A stretch of DNA of 64,000 bases, from the NCBI GenBank assembly GCA_963695095.1, contig CAVOFT010000001.1:1728001-1792000 (forward strand). Direction: 5' to 3'. Under the pieces are notes generated by a model that did not search any database, was not told the origin of the DNA, and saw only the letters and a program-made list of their open reading frames with translations. The position numbers were made by a program, and so were the translations under genes. This stretch comes from an uncultured bacterium. GTDB lineage: Bacteria; Krumholzibacteriota; Krumholzibacteriia; JACNKJ01. This document shows, one piece after another, positions 53,944 to 63,596 of the stretch; the first letter of the stretch is position 1, and every line of letters begins with the position of its first letter.

Positions 53944-55289
53944 TCGGCGAGCAGGAATTCCGGGCGATCCGGGAGCGGGTGCTGAAGGCCAGCCAGGCTG
54001 ACGAAGTCGAGCTCACGCTGGGCGGCGGCCGCGAGGAGCTGACGCGCTTCGGCGAGAATCGCATCACCCAGAACGTCTCCGAGGAGCGCTACGAGCTGCG
54101 GGTGCGCGCGCGCCTGGGCAAGCGGCAGGGCCTGGCCACCACCAATGACCTCTCGCCGGCGGGGCTTGCCCGCTGTGTCGAGAACGCCGAAGCCATCGCC
54201 CGCATCCAGCCCGAGAGCGAGCGGGTGATCGAGTTCCAGGCGGGCGGCGAGCGCTGCGAGGACGGCGCCTGGGCCGCCGACACCGCTGCTATCGACGCTG
54301 CCGCCCGGGCCCGCTGGGTGGAGACGGCCGTCAAGGTGGCCGCCGGCCAGGGCATCGAGCTCGGCGGCATCGCGCTGGCGAGCGAGGGCTCCATCGGCGA
54401 CTACGGCGAGATCGAGCCCTTCGCCGTGGCCAACAGCGCGGGCCTGTTCCGCTTCGGCAAGAAGACGCGCGCCGTCTTCGAGGTGAGCGCGGCCAAGGCC
54501 GACGGCGCCGGGCGCAGCCGCGTGCTGGCCAGGAGCGCGGCGGCGGTGGATCCCGCGCGCATCGCCGAGGACGCCTGCCGGCGCTGCCTGGAGAGCCGCG
54601 AGCCCGCCACGCTCGCGCCGGGGGACTACACGGTGATCTTCGAGGCCGAGGCCGCCCAGGATCTGCTCTTCTTCCTCACCTACCTTGGCTTCAACGGGCT
54701 GGCGGTGGCCGAGAAGCGCAGTCCGCTGGGCGAGCGGCTCGGCGAGCGCGTCTTCGGCGAGAACATCACGCTGCGCGAGGTGCCGTCGGATGCGAGGCTC
54801 TTCGGCCTCGGCTTCGATGCGGAGGGCGTGGATACGCAGGCGGTGACGCTCATCGACAAGGGCGTGCTCACGAGCTTCCTGCACGACCGCAGCAGCGCCC
54901 GCATCACCGGCCAGGCGGCGACGGGGCACGGCCTGCCCCAGCCGAACAACTACGGCGCCTTCATTCGCTTCCCCGTGCTCGCGGGGGGCAGGGCGACGCT
55001 GGCCGAACTCATCGCCGGCGTCGAGCACGGCGTGCTCGTCACGCGGCTCTGGTACACGAACGTCGTCGATCCCATGCGCATGATCATCACGGGGATGACC
55101 CGCGACGGCACCTTCCGCATCGAGAAGGGCAGCCTGGCCGGGCCCGTGAAGAACTTCCGCTTCAACCAGAGCCTGGTGGAGCTGTTCAACCGGGTGGAAG
55201 CGCTCGGCGCGGAGCAGGCGCTGGGCGCAATGGTGCTGCCCCACCTGCGCGTGCGGGATTTCCGCTTCAGCAGCGGCACCGATTTCTAG
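53940..55289 (+). CDS. tldE: TldE/PmbA partner subunit
   Basis: ATGA overlap; TRFGEN.ITQN, PGDYTV, FDAEG, TGHG, WYTN, TGMTRDG, PVKNFRF; no HExxxH. Confidence 0.85.
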   Translation: MIGEQEFRAIRERVLKASQADEVELTLGGGREELTRFGENRITQNVSEERYELRVRARLGKRQGLATTNDLSPAGLARCVENAEAIARIQPESERVIEFQAGGERCEDGAWAADTAAIDAAARARWVETAVKVAAGQGIELGGIALASEGSIGDYGEIEPFAVANSAGLFRFGKKTRAVFEVSAAKADGAGRSRVLARSAAAVDPARIAEDACRRCLESREPATLAPGDYTVIFEAEAAQDLLFFLTYLGFNGLAVAEKRSPLGERLGERVFGENITLREVPSDARLFGLGFDAEGVDTQAVTLIDKGVLTSFLHDRSSARITGQAATGHGLPQPNNYGAFIRFPVLAGGRATLAELIAGVEHGVLVTRLWYTNVVDPMRMIITGMTRDGTFRIEKGSLAGPVKNFRFNQSLVELFNRVEALGAEQALGAMVLPHLRVRDFRFSSGTDF

Positions 55290-55316
55290 GCTCTACCGGA
55301 AGTTCTGAGGCATCCC

Positions 55317-55350
55317 GAGGTCGCCTGGTCCCGCAGGCGACCTCTTCCGT
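55317..55350 (+). terminator. Probable terminator hairpin after tldE
   Basis: GAGGTCGCCTG-GTCCCG-CAGGCGACCTC, a perfect 11-bp stem followed by a weak T-rich tail. Confidence 0.55.
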
Positions 55351-55387
55351 CTGTCTTAACCATTTGAAAGATAAAGGATTGCATCGA

Positions 55388-55416
55388 TTGAGCCCCTTGC
55401 CGGGGCATGCTATACT
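55388..55416 (+). promoter_or_regulatory. Sigma70 promoter (extended -10) of the C25 peptidase gene
   Basis: TTGAGC, 17 bp, TATACT with TGn immediately upstream, in an AT-rich context. Confidence 0.65.
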
Positions 55417-55488
55417 TAACGCCTCTTGTCAGCGACATCACCCCTTCTGTCGCCCAGCGGACAGAAAACCACCACGCAGGAGACCCGG

Positions 55489-58400
55489 ATGTACGCTCGC
55501 CTTGCTCACCCTTTGCCTCGGCATTCCCTATCCCTGCGCCTGCTGCTCCTCACACTGCTCGTGCTCGCCAGCCTGCCCGCTGCCGCCGCTCAGATCGAGT
55601 GGACCTGGCGCGCCGAACCTGGCCTGCGCGCACTTGCAGACGGCGAGGATCTTGCCGCTCTGCTGGCTGAGCAAGCCTGGCAGACCGAGACGGCGGATCG
55701 CCCCGCCCTGCCCCTCTTCCCGCTCAGCCTGGCCATCCCCAGCGGCGAGCGCGTCGTGAGCGTTCATCTCGAAGACGTCCTGAGCGACCGCATCGCGCTG
55801 GACGCAGCGCTGCCCGCCTTCGCCGGCAGCGTGAACGAGGACGGGCTGCGCCGCGCGCTCTCGCCGCCTGCCGAGGGCGGCAGCTTCCCCGCGGACTTCC
55901 TCCATCTCTACAGCACCTTCCGCTACCGCGGCTTCGCCACGGCCGAAATCGCCCTGGCTCCTCTGCGCTACGAGGTGACGGCGGCGGGTCCCCTTCTCCA
56001 TCGCCTGCTCGCCGCCCGCGTGGTGGTGGAGACGGAGCCGGATCCCTCGGCGCTCATCCCCCTGCGCCAGCGCAGCGAGGACCTCGCGCGGGGCCAGCGC
56101 TTCCAGCAGCGCCGCGTCGCGAACAAGAACGCCGTCGCGGCCTTCGTTCCCCCCAGCGCGGTACGGCGTGACGAGGGCGTGTTCGCGCCGCGCTCCCTGC
56201 CCAGCATCGAGGGCAGCGGCGTGGACATGGTGATCGTCTGCTCGCCGCAGCACACCGCGACCTTCCAGACCCTGGCCGACTTCAAGCTCAGCCTGGGGCT
56301 GCCCACGGTGGTGCGCGACACCGACTGGATCCGCGCCAACTATCCCCAGGGCGCGGACCTGCAGGAGACGATCCGCTTCTTTCTCCAGGACGCCCTGGCC
56401 AAGTGGGGCATCCGCTTCGTGCTGCTGGCGGGCGACACCAATGACCTGCCCGTGCGCCGCATCTACTCCTACTTCAAGGATCCGCCGGAGGAGATTCCCG
56501 CCGAGCTCTACTTCGCCGACCTGGACGGCGACTGGAACGGCGACGGCGACTCGCACTTCGGCGAATCCACCTACGGCGGCACCCAGGGCGACGGCGTCGA
56601 CATGATCGCCGACGTCTTCCTCGGCCGCGTACCCGTGCGCGACGCCGCCAGCGCGCAGCTGATGGTCGACAAGATCATCGCCTACTCGAGCGCGCCGGAC
56701 CCCGACTACGCCACCAACATGAGCTTCTACGCCGAGGTGCTCTTTCCGGCGACCTGGCAGATCGGCGACCCCGTCGAGCTGATCACGCGCAACGGCGCCG
56801 ATTACGCGGAGAGCGTGAACAGCAGCTTCGTGACGCCGCAGATGGACGTGGTCCGCTTCTACGAGACGCACTGGCTGTATCCGGGCTCGGTGGCCGAGAC
56901 GCCGGCCGTGACGCTGAACGATATGAACACGCGCGCACATGTCGTGCTGCACGTCGGCCATGGCTTCCGCTACACGATGTCGATGGGCACCGGCTCGGTG
57001 GTCGCCAATGACATGCTGAACCTCACCAACGGCCTCGATCGGCTGGCCTCCATCTACGCGCTGAATTGCACGTCCTGCGCCATCGACTACAGCTGCCTCG
57101 GCGAGGCGGCGCTGCTGGCGCCGGCCGGCGGGGCCGTCTCGATGATCGGCACCATGCGCGAGGCCTTCCCCAACACCAGCGTCTACTACCAGAACTCCTA
57201 CTTCGGCTATCTCTACGGCGACAGCCTCAGCCTTGGCGAGTGCTTCACCAGGAGCCACAATGACTGGGCGCTGCTGGGCTCCGTCGAAGGCAGCCATCGC
57301 TGGACGCAGATGAGCTATCTGCTGATCGGCGATCCCTCGCTCGATGTCTGGCTGGACACGCCTCAGGCGCTGGCGGCCGCGCTCGTCGAACCCTACACGC
57401 TCACCAGCGACACCCTGAAGCTGCAGGTGAGCCGGGACGGCTCGCCGCTGGTCGGGGCCCGCGTGATCGCCAGCAAGCCGGGCGAGCATCGGGCGGAGGC
57501 GCTGAGCGACGCGGGCGGCTTCGTCGCCATTCCCTTCCGGGCGGAGTCGCTGGGGGACATCGAAGTCAGCCTGCTTCACCGCAACGATCTGCCCAGCTTC
57601 GCCCAGGTCCCGGTGACGGCGGGCAGCGGACCGCGCCTGGCTCTGGAACTGCTCAGCGTCGTCGACGACCCCAATGTCGATGCGCAGCTGGCCGGCAACG
57701 CCGATGGCCTGCTCGACGCCGGCGAGACCGTGCGCCTGGCCCTGCGCGTGCTGAACAGCGGCACGACGGCGGCGACGGCGCTCAACCTCGATCTCAGCCT
57801 GCCCGGCGGCGAGCTCAGCGTCCTCGACGGCCAGGAGGCGACCGGCCAGAGCGTGCCGGCCGGCGGTCAGCTCGACTTGCCCGCCGTCTTCCTGCTCGAG
57901 GCGCCGCAGACCCTCGCCGATCGCAGCAGCGCGCTGGTGGACATCGCGCTCAGCTACGGCGGCGGGACCGAAACGGACCAGCTCGAGCTGAGCGCCCACG
58001 CGCCGGTGCCCGGCCTGTTCACCTTCGTCATCGATGATGCAGCGGGCGACGGCGACGGCCAGCCGGACGCCGGCGAGACCTACAGCCTGATGCCCGTGTG
58101 GAAGAACTACGGCAGCACGCCGCTGGCGGGCTGGCAGGCCAGCCTGACGGCCATCGATCCGGCCGGCCAGGTGCTGGGCGGCCCCGTCGCCTTGCCGGGG
58201 CTGGGACTGCTCGAGCGCGGAGCCTCGGCGGGCATCAGCCTGCGCGAGACCAGCGTGGCCAGCCCCAACCGCTTCCAGCTCACGCTCAGCGGCCCGCTCG
58301 GGGAGGCGATCGTCGACACGATCACCGTGCGCCGGCCCACGCCCCCCGTTGGCCTGGAGCTCGATTCGAGCCAGGCCAGCACCGTCATCGACATGGCCTG

Positions 58401-60213
58401 GCTGATTCCGGCTCCGGCGCCGGCGGCCTATCTCGTCTACCGCAGCACCAGTCCCGGCGGACCCTACACGCTCGTGTCCACCGAGCCCACGCATCACGCC
58501 TACTTCCGCAACGATCAGCTGGCGGAGAGCACCACCTACTACTTCACCGTGGAGAGCGTGGACTCCTCGGGCTTCCGCAGCCCGCCCAGCGGCGAGTTCG
58601 CCTGGAGCACCAACCCGGCCATGCTCGACGGCTGGCCCCTGCAGACGAGCTTCGGCACCGCCAGCAGCCTGGTGATGGGCGACATCGACGGTGATGGCGA
58701 CAAGGAACTGGCAGCGGGCGCCGAGCTGCTCTACGCCTGGCACCACGACGGCGTCGAGATCTTCGACGGCGACGAAAACTCGGTCACCTACGGCGCGCTC
58801 AGCGCTGTCGGCGGCCAGTTCACCGCCGGCCTGGCGATGGCAGACGTCGACACGCTCTACCCGGGTCTGGAGATCATCGGCGCCTCGCGCGCGCCCAACG
58901 GCATCTACGTCTACCACGGCGACGGCACGCAGGCGCCGGGCTGGCCCAAGAGCCTGCCCAACTGGTGCTGGGCGACGCCCGCGGTGGGGGATGTCGACGG
59001 CGATGGCAGCGTGGAGATCTTCGCCGTCTGTCTGGACGGCACCCTGCGCGCCTGGAATGCCGACGGCACGCCGCAGATCGGCACGACGGGCATCTTCGCC
59101 AGCGGCCTCGGCAGCTGGTCGCGCTCGAGCCCCAGCCTCGCCAACCTGGACGGCGACGCCGATCTCGAAATCGTGCTCGGCAGTTCGGGCACAAGGAAGA
59201 TCTACGCCTTCAATCCGAACGGCAGCGCCGTGACGGGCTTCCCGGTCACCTTCACCGGCGAGATCCACTCCAGTCCCTCGCTGGGGGATCTCGACGGCGA
59301 CTACGACCTCGAGATTGTCTTCCTCTGCGAGAACGACTCGCTCTACGTGCTCAATCACAACGGCACCCGCTACCCGGGCTTCCCGGTCTACCTGGCCAGC
59401 AACGCGGCCGGGCTCGCGCCGAGTCCGGCGCTGGTCGACTTCGAGGACGATGGGCAGATGGAGATCGTGGCGGGCGGCGTGTTCGCCTACACCAGCATGA
59501 ACCTGACCGTGCTGAACAACCAGGGGCAGACCCTGCCGGGCTGGCCCAAGCACTTCGAGGAGAGCAGCGAGGCGAGCCCCGTGGTGATCGACCTCGACGG
59601 CGACGGCGAGCTGGAGATCCTGCTCGGCATGGAAACGGGCTACCTCTACGCCTTCAACGAGGACGGCAGCGACGTGGCCGGCTTCCCCATCCTCACGGAC
59701 GCCGAGCTGCGCAGCTGCCCGACGGCCGACGATCTGGATGGGGATCTCGACCTCGACATCGGACTCTACGGCTGGGACGCCTTCGTCTACGTGTGGGACA
59801 TGTCCGTCTTCTACAAGAACGGCCTGCCGCAGTGGAAGATGTTCCGCGCCAATCCGGCGCGGACGGGCCTGTTCACGCGCGAGGAGCAGATGACGCCCAG
59901 CGAGGAGCTGCCGGCGAGCGCGCCGGAAGGCCGGCTCTATGCCAATTTCCCGAACCCCTTCAACCCCAGCACGAAGATCAGCTTCGCCACGCCGGCGGGA
60001 CAGGGCAGCGTGCAGGTGACGCTCACGATCCACGACGTGCAGGGCCGCCGTCTGGCGACGCTGCAGGATGGCCTGCTGCCGCGGGGCACGATGCAGAACG
60101 CCGTCTGGGACGGCAAGGCGGAGACCGGCAAGCCCGTGGCCAGCGGCATCTACTTTGCGCGCGTGACCATGGACGACACCGTGCATGCACGCAAGATGGT
60201 GCTGCTGAAGTAG
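55489..60213 (+). CDS. Large secreted C25 (gingipain-family) cysteine peptidase with propeptide, Ig/FnIII domains, FG-GAP repeats and a FlgD/T9SS-like C-terminal domain
   Basis: AGGAG RBS; signal peptide; FVLLAGD, YFADLDGDW, FLGRVP, HVGHG (His) and LNCTS (Cys), LIGDP; 8 repeats of D(L/V)DGDG..EI; tail NFPNPFNPSTKISF...WDG...SGIYFARV...RKMVLLK. Confidence 0.88.
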   Translation: MYARLAHPLPRHSLSLRLLLLTLLVLASLPAAAAQIEWTWRAEPGLRALADGEDLAALLAEQAWQTETADRPALPLFPLSLAIPSGERVVSVHLEDVLSDRIALDAALPAFAGSVNEDGLRRALSPPAEGGSFPADFLHLYSTFRYRGFATAEIALAPLRYEVTAAGPLLHRLLAARVVVETEPDPSALIPLRQRSEDLARGQRFQQRRVANKNAVAAFVPPSAVRRDEGVFAPRSLPSIEGSGVDMVIVCSPQHTATFQTLADFKLSLGLPTVVRDTDWIRANYPQGADLQETIRFFLQDALAKWGIRFVLLAGDTNDLPVRRIYSYFKDPPEEIPAELYFADLDGDWNGDGDSHFGESTYGGTQGDGVDMIADVFLGRVPVRDAASAQLMVDKIIAYSSAPDPDYATNMSFYAEVLFPATWQIGDPVELITRNGADYAESVNSSFVTPQMDVVRFYETHWLYPGSVAETPAVTLNDMNTRAHVVLHVGHGFRYTMSMGTGSVVANDMLNLTNGLDRLASIYALNCTSCAIDYSCLGEAALLAPAGGAVSMIGTMREAFPNTSVYYQNSYFGYLYGDSLSLGECFTRSHNDWALLGSVEGSHRWTQMSYLLIGDPSLDVWLDTPQALAAALVEPYTLTSDTLKLQVSRDGSPLVGARVIASKPGEHRAEALSDAGGFVAIPFRAESLGDIEVSLLHRNDLPSFAQVPVTAGSGPRLALELLSVVDDPNVDAQLAGNADGLLDAGETVRLALRVLNSGTTAATALNLDLSLPGGELSVLDGQEATGQSVPAGGQLDLPAVFLLEAPQTLADRSSALVDIALSYGGGTETDQLELSAHAPVPGLFTFVIDDAAGDGDGQPDAGETYSLMPVWKNYGSTPLAGWQASLTAIDPAGQVLGGPVALPGLGLLERGASAGISLRETSVASPNRFQLTLSGPLGEAIVDTITVRRPTPPVGLELDSSQASTVIDMAWLIPAPAPAAYLVYRSTSPGGPYTLVSTEPTHHAYFRNDQLAESTTYYFTVESVDSSGFRSPPSGEFAWSTNPAMLDGWPLQTSFGTASSLVMGDIDGDGDKELAAGAELLYAWHHDGVEIFDGDENSVTYGALSAVGGQFTAGLAMADVDTLYPGLEIIGASRAPNGIYVYHGDGTQAPGWPKSLPNWCWATPAVGDVDGDGSVEIFAVCLDGTLRAWNADGTPQIGTTGIFASGLGSWSRSSPSLANLDGDADLEIVLGSSGTRKIYAFNPNGSAVTGFPVTFTGEIHSSPSLGDLDGDYDLEIVFLCENDSLYVLNHNGTRYPGFPVYLASNAAGLAPSPALVDFEDDGQMEIVAGGVFAYTSMNLTVLNNQGQTLPGWPKHFEESSEASPVVIDLDGDGELEILLGMETGYLYAFNEDGSDVAGFPILTDAELRSCPTADDLDGDLDLDIGLYGWDAFVYVWDMSVFYKNGLPQWKMFRANPARTGLFTREEQMTPSEELPASAPEGRLYANFPNPFNPSTKISFATPAGQGSVQVTLTIHDVQGRRLATLQDGLLPRGTMQNAVWDGKAETGKPVASGIYFARVTMDDTVHARKMVLLK
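58678..59770 (+). repeat. About 8 FG-GAP/VCBS-type Ca-binding protein repeats within the C25 gene
   Basis: GDIDGDGDKEL, ADVDTLYPGLEI, GDVDGDGSVEI, ANLDGDADLEI, GDLDGDYDLEI, VDFEDDGQMEI, IDLDGDGELEI, DDLDGDLDLDI, with intervening PGWP/TGFP motifs. Confidence 0.8.
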
Positions 60214-60230
60214 CCCCGCGCCCACCACAT

Positions 60231-60293
60231 GGCGCTCGCAGGCGTCTGCCCGCGGTCGAAACAACGACCGCGGCGCAGACGCCCGCAAGCGCC
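60231..60293. repeat. Long imperfect inverted repeat (hairpin)
   Basis: GGCGCTcGCaGGCGTCTGC-CCGCGGTCG aaacaa CGACCGCGG-c-GCAGACGCCcGCaAGCGCC. Confidence 0.75.
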
Positions 60294-60305
60294 CTCTCGC
60301 ACGCG

Positions 60306-60333
60306 AGGGGGAGCCGTCAGGCTCCCCCTTTTT
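60306..60333 (+). terminator. Rho-independent terminator
   Basis: AGGGGGAGCC-GTCA-GGCTCCCCCT followed by TTTT, between convergent genes. Confidence 0.85.
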
Positions 60334-60348
60334 CGTGCCTGCGGGCGT

Positions 60349-61842
60349 CTACTCGAGGACGCGGAAGTTGGGCGGGAAGTCGCCGGGGCGGGCCTGGCCA
60401 CCGGCCTTGAGGTAGGCCTCCAGCACATCGCGGCCGAAGACGCCCAGGCTGTCCACGCGGCTGGCGAGCTGGAGCACCGGGCCGTAGCCGTCACCGCCGC
60501 CGTACAGGAAATCCAGCGTCGCCAGCGTGTACTCGCGCTCGGGATCCAGGGGCTCGCCGCCGACGTGGATCTCCAGGGCCAGGCTGTCGGCGATCGCGTA
60601 GTCGCCGCCGGCGATCTGGCCGAAGCGATAGTCGCCGTGACCAGCGGCGAGGAAATCGAAGAGGGCGCGCAGGTCGCTGCCCTTCAGATGCAGGCGCAGG
60701 ATCTGGTTGTTGAAGGGCAGCAGCTCGAAGAGCTGGGCGCGGGTGATGGGTCCTGCGGGCAGCTGGACCCGGTAGCCGCCGCTGTTCTGGAGGCCGAGGT
60801 CGGCGCCGGCGGCCTGGCGCAGGCGATCGGCGAGGAAGATGCCGAGAGGATCCGCTGTGCTGCTCTTGGCCTCGCCGCGGAAGGCCTCGGGCAGCGCGCC
60901 GAGGGCCTGGTCCATCTCGCGATCGACGAGGACGCCTGCCTCCTCGATGAGGGCCTTGACGGTGGGATCTTCCGGCCAGGCCGCCGTGACCGGCTCGTTC
61001 CGCCAGGCGAAGTCCCAGCCGCCGTCGGGGCGGCGGAAGCACTCCATCACACCGAGATTGTAGCCATAGCAGCCGGTCTGGCAGATGGTCACCGGGCCGA
61101 TCAGCTCGGGCGCTTCGAGGAAGCTGTGACTGTGCCCGCCGATGATGAGCGGGATGTCGGGCAGCGCCGCGGCGAGAGCGCGATCGGCGTCCAGGCCGCA
61201 GTGGCTGAGCAGCACGCGCAGATCGGCCGCGGGACGGGCCGCCGCCAGCCAGTCGCCGAGCGCGCGCTCGGGCGGCAGAACGAGGAGTTCGCCGCGCGCC
61301 GCTTCGCCCACCAGCTCGGGCAGTTCGCCGGCGATGAGCCCGACGACCTCGACGCGCAGGTCTCCGGCGAGCAGCACGGCACTCTCCGGCAGGAGGGGCT
61401 CGCCGCTGGGAAAGCCCAGGTTGGCGCAGAGGGTGGGGAAGGAAGCGCCGATGCGGGCGCGCAGGAAGCTCAGGTAACCGTCGTCGAGCTCATGGTTGCC
61501 GAGGGCCATGGCATCGCAGCCCAGCCGATCCATGAGGGCGATGCCCAGACGCCCGCGATAGAAGTGATAGAAGGGCGTGCCTGCGAAGAGGTCGCCCGCG
61601 TCGAGATAGAGGAGGCGCTCCCCGTGCTCGGCCCTCAGCTCGCCGATGCGCCAGGCGAGGCGGGCGAAGCCGCCCCGCAGCGCGCCTTCGCGATCGGGAA
61701 AGCTGCGGTAGTGGGCGTGCAGGTCGTTGGTATGGACGATGACCAGATCCGGCCGCGGGTCCGCCTGGGCGGCGACGGCGGCTGCGAGCAGCAGGCAAGC
61801 GAGCCCGCAGGCGGCTCGGAAGCGGGAGGGAAGTCCGTGCAT
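60349..61842 (-). CDS. Periplasmic 5'-nucleotidase / UDP-sugar hydrolase (UshA-like)
   Basis: Signal peptide; HTNDLH, LDAGD, GNHELD, LSHCG, GGHSH, NSGGYR, LLPFNN, GGDGY. Confidence 0.9.
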   Translation of the reverse strand: MHGLPSRFRAACGLACLLLAAAVAAQADPRPDLVIVHTNDLHAHYRSFPDREGALRGGFARLAWRIGELRAEHGERLLYLDAGDLFAGTPFYHFYRGRLGIALMDRLGCDAMALGNHELDDGYLSFLRARIGASFPTLCANLGFPSGEPLLPESAVLLAGDLRVEVVGLIAGELPELVGEAARGELLVLPPERALGDWLAAARPAADLRVLLSHCGLDADRALAAALPDIPLIIGGHSHSFLEAPELIGPVTICQTGCYGYNLGVMECFRRPDGGWDFAWRNEPVTAAWPEDPTVKALIEEAGVLVDREMDQALGALPEAFRGEAKSSTADPLGIFLADRLRQAAGADLGLQNSGGYRVQLPAGPITRAQLFELLPFNNQILRLHLKGSDLRALFDFLAAGHGDYRFGQIAGGDYAIADSLALEIHVGGEPLDPEREYTLATLDFLYGGGDGYGPVLQLASRVDSLGVFGRDVLEAYLKAGGQARPGDFPPNFRVLE

Positions 61843-61914
61843 GCCGACCTCGATTGCCGTTGTGGAGGCCGGATCCAGGCCCTATGTTTGTCCCGGACCC
61901 GGCCGGGAGGCAGT

Positions 61915-63558
61915 ATGGAACCGCGCAGCGCTCGTCTCAAGGGCTTTTGCCCGCAGTCGTCCTCGTCTCTCCTCCCGCTGCTGGTCGCCCTCGGCCTTGC
62001 CGGCGCCTGCGCCCAATCGCCATCGCCGCCCGGCGACGACAACCACGTCCCGGAGGTGAACTCGCTCAACGTCGTCGGCGGCAAGCCCAACCTCGCCGCG
62101 GGAACCCTGAACGTCCAGCTGGTGGCCGTGACCGTGGATATCGATGGCGACACCCTCGCCGTGACCTGGTCGGGCCCGGGTGTTTTTCACAGCCCGCAGG
62201 TGCAGCCCGGCAGCGCGACGGTGCGCTGGAATGTGCCCCCCGGCCAGTACGGCCTCCTGGCCGTGACCTGCAGGGTCAGCGACGGCGCCGCCAGCGACAG
62301 CCTCGTCAAGGCCTTCCCGGTCGGGCGCGCCCTGACGACGGCGAACTTCGGCGACCTCGTCGGCGACGAGGTCGTCTGGAGCCCGGCCGATGCGCCCTTC
62401 TACGTGCTCCAGCAGGATGTGGACATCCCGGCCGGCGTCACCCTCAGCGTCGCCGACAGCACCCGCATCTACTGCGAGGCGGACACCCGCTTGACCATCG
62501 GCGGCAGCCTCGCAGTCGCCGGGACGGCGACGCGACAGGTCTTCTTCGCGCCAAACGCCGCCGCGACCAGCGCCCCCGGCTTCTGGAACGGGATCTACTT
62601 CGCCTCGAGCGGCGGCAGCCTGGCGCTCGACTTCTGCAACATCGACAACGCGGACGCCGGCGTGAACCTCGAGCTGGGCACCGGCCTGGGGGCCTACCTC
62701 GCCAGTTGCCGGTTTCGCTACTGCAGCGACGCGGTGAAGGTCGGCTTCGGGGAGATCAGCCTGATCGGCTGCCGGGCCGAGGGCTTCGGCCAGGGCCTCA
62801 TCGCCGATCACGCGGTGGTGACGATGGAGAACTGCACCTTCATCGACGGCACGGAGGAGTCCGTCAGCCTGCGGAGCCTCTCCAGCGGCAGCTGCGAGGG
62901 CTGCTTCTTCACCGACGTGGCGGCCCCCATCGTCAGCATCAGCGGCGGCAGCCGCATCGTCTTCCACGCGAATCGCTTCTTCGGCACGGGTCTGGCCTTT
63001 CTGGTCGGCGCCGGCTACGGCAGCACGCCGGAGCCTCTCGACGCCCGCTGCAACTTCTGGGGCGCGGGCGTGAGCGAGGCGACGATCATCGCCCGCATCG
63101 GCTATGCGGGCAGCGATCCCGCGCCGCTCATCTACACGCCCTGGCAGGCGGACCAGGGCGCCGCCTGCGGCGAGGATCCGCCCCAGCTCCTGGCGGATGT
63201 CCAGATCGTGTTCGACGCGCGGCACCCGCTCTACCCGGCGGGGGTGCCGGGCGTCGACCTGAGCGAGATGGCCCTGGACGGCTACCCGCGCCTGCTCGTC
63301 GTCGGCATCCAGCCTCAGCCGGACGGCTTCGTCCACGACTATGCCTGGTCGGCCTCGGCGGGCGGCAGTCTCTTCGTCGCGGGCCGGTCCTGGCCGGTGG
63401 GGGATCCCTATGTCGCGAGCTATCTCGGCCAGCAGGACGACGCGGCGGGCTCGGCCATCTTCTTCGTGCCGGCGGGCGCCGGCGGGGAGAGCGTCAGCGT
63501 GACGATCACGGACAGCTGGGGCCAGTCCATCGGCGGCGGCGCCAGCTTCAGTTACTAG
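61915..63558 (+). CDS. Lipoprotein with Ig-like and right-handed beta-helix domains
   Basis: GGAGG RBS; lipobox LAGAC; DIDGDTL Ig/PKD-like segment; PGFWNGIYF and repeated Cys-x-Phe coils (NCTF, GCFF, DARCNFWG). Confidence 0.7.
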   Translation: MEPRSARLKGFCPQSSSSLLPLLVALGLAGACAQSPSPPGDDNHVPEVNSLNVVGGKPNLAAGTLNVQLVAVTVDIDGDTLAVTWSGPGVFHSPQVQPGSATVRWNVPPGQYGLLAVTCRVSDGAASDSLVKAFPVGRALTTANFGDLVGDEVVWSPADAPFYVLQQDVDIPAGVTLSVADSTRIYCEADTRLTIGGSLAVAGTATRQVFFAPNAAATSAPGFWNGIYFASSGGSLALDFCNIDNADAGVNLELGTGLGAYLASCRFRYCSDAVKVGFGEISLIGCRAEGFGQGLIADHAVVTMENCTFIDGTEESVSLRSLSSGSCEGCFFTDVAAPIVSISGGSRIVFHANRFFGTGLAFLVGAGYGSTPEPLDARCNFWGAGVSEATIIARIGYAGSDPAPLIYTPWQADQGAACGEDPPQLLADVQIVFDARHPLYPAGVPGVDLSEMALDGYPRLLVVGIQPQPDGFVHDYAWSASAGGSLFVAGRSWPVGDPYVASYLGQQDDAAGSAIFFVPAGAGGESVSVTITDSWGQSIGGGASFSY

Positions 63559-63596
63559 CGATTGCCCGCAGCCCTGCCGCGTGCTAGGCTTGATCG

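Noticed and set aside
55528..60288. Very long antisense ORFs (also 27685-31263, 39632-41821, 5250-6962 and others)
   Set aside because: Shadow frames of genuine genes in high-GC DNA with strong codon bias; no motifs and no RBS.
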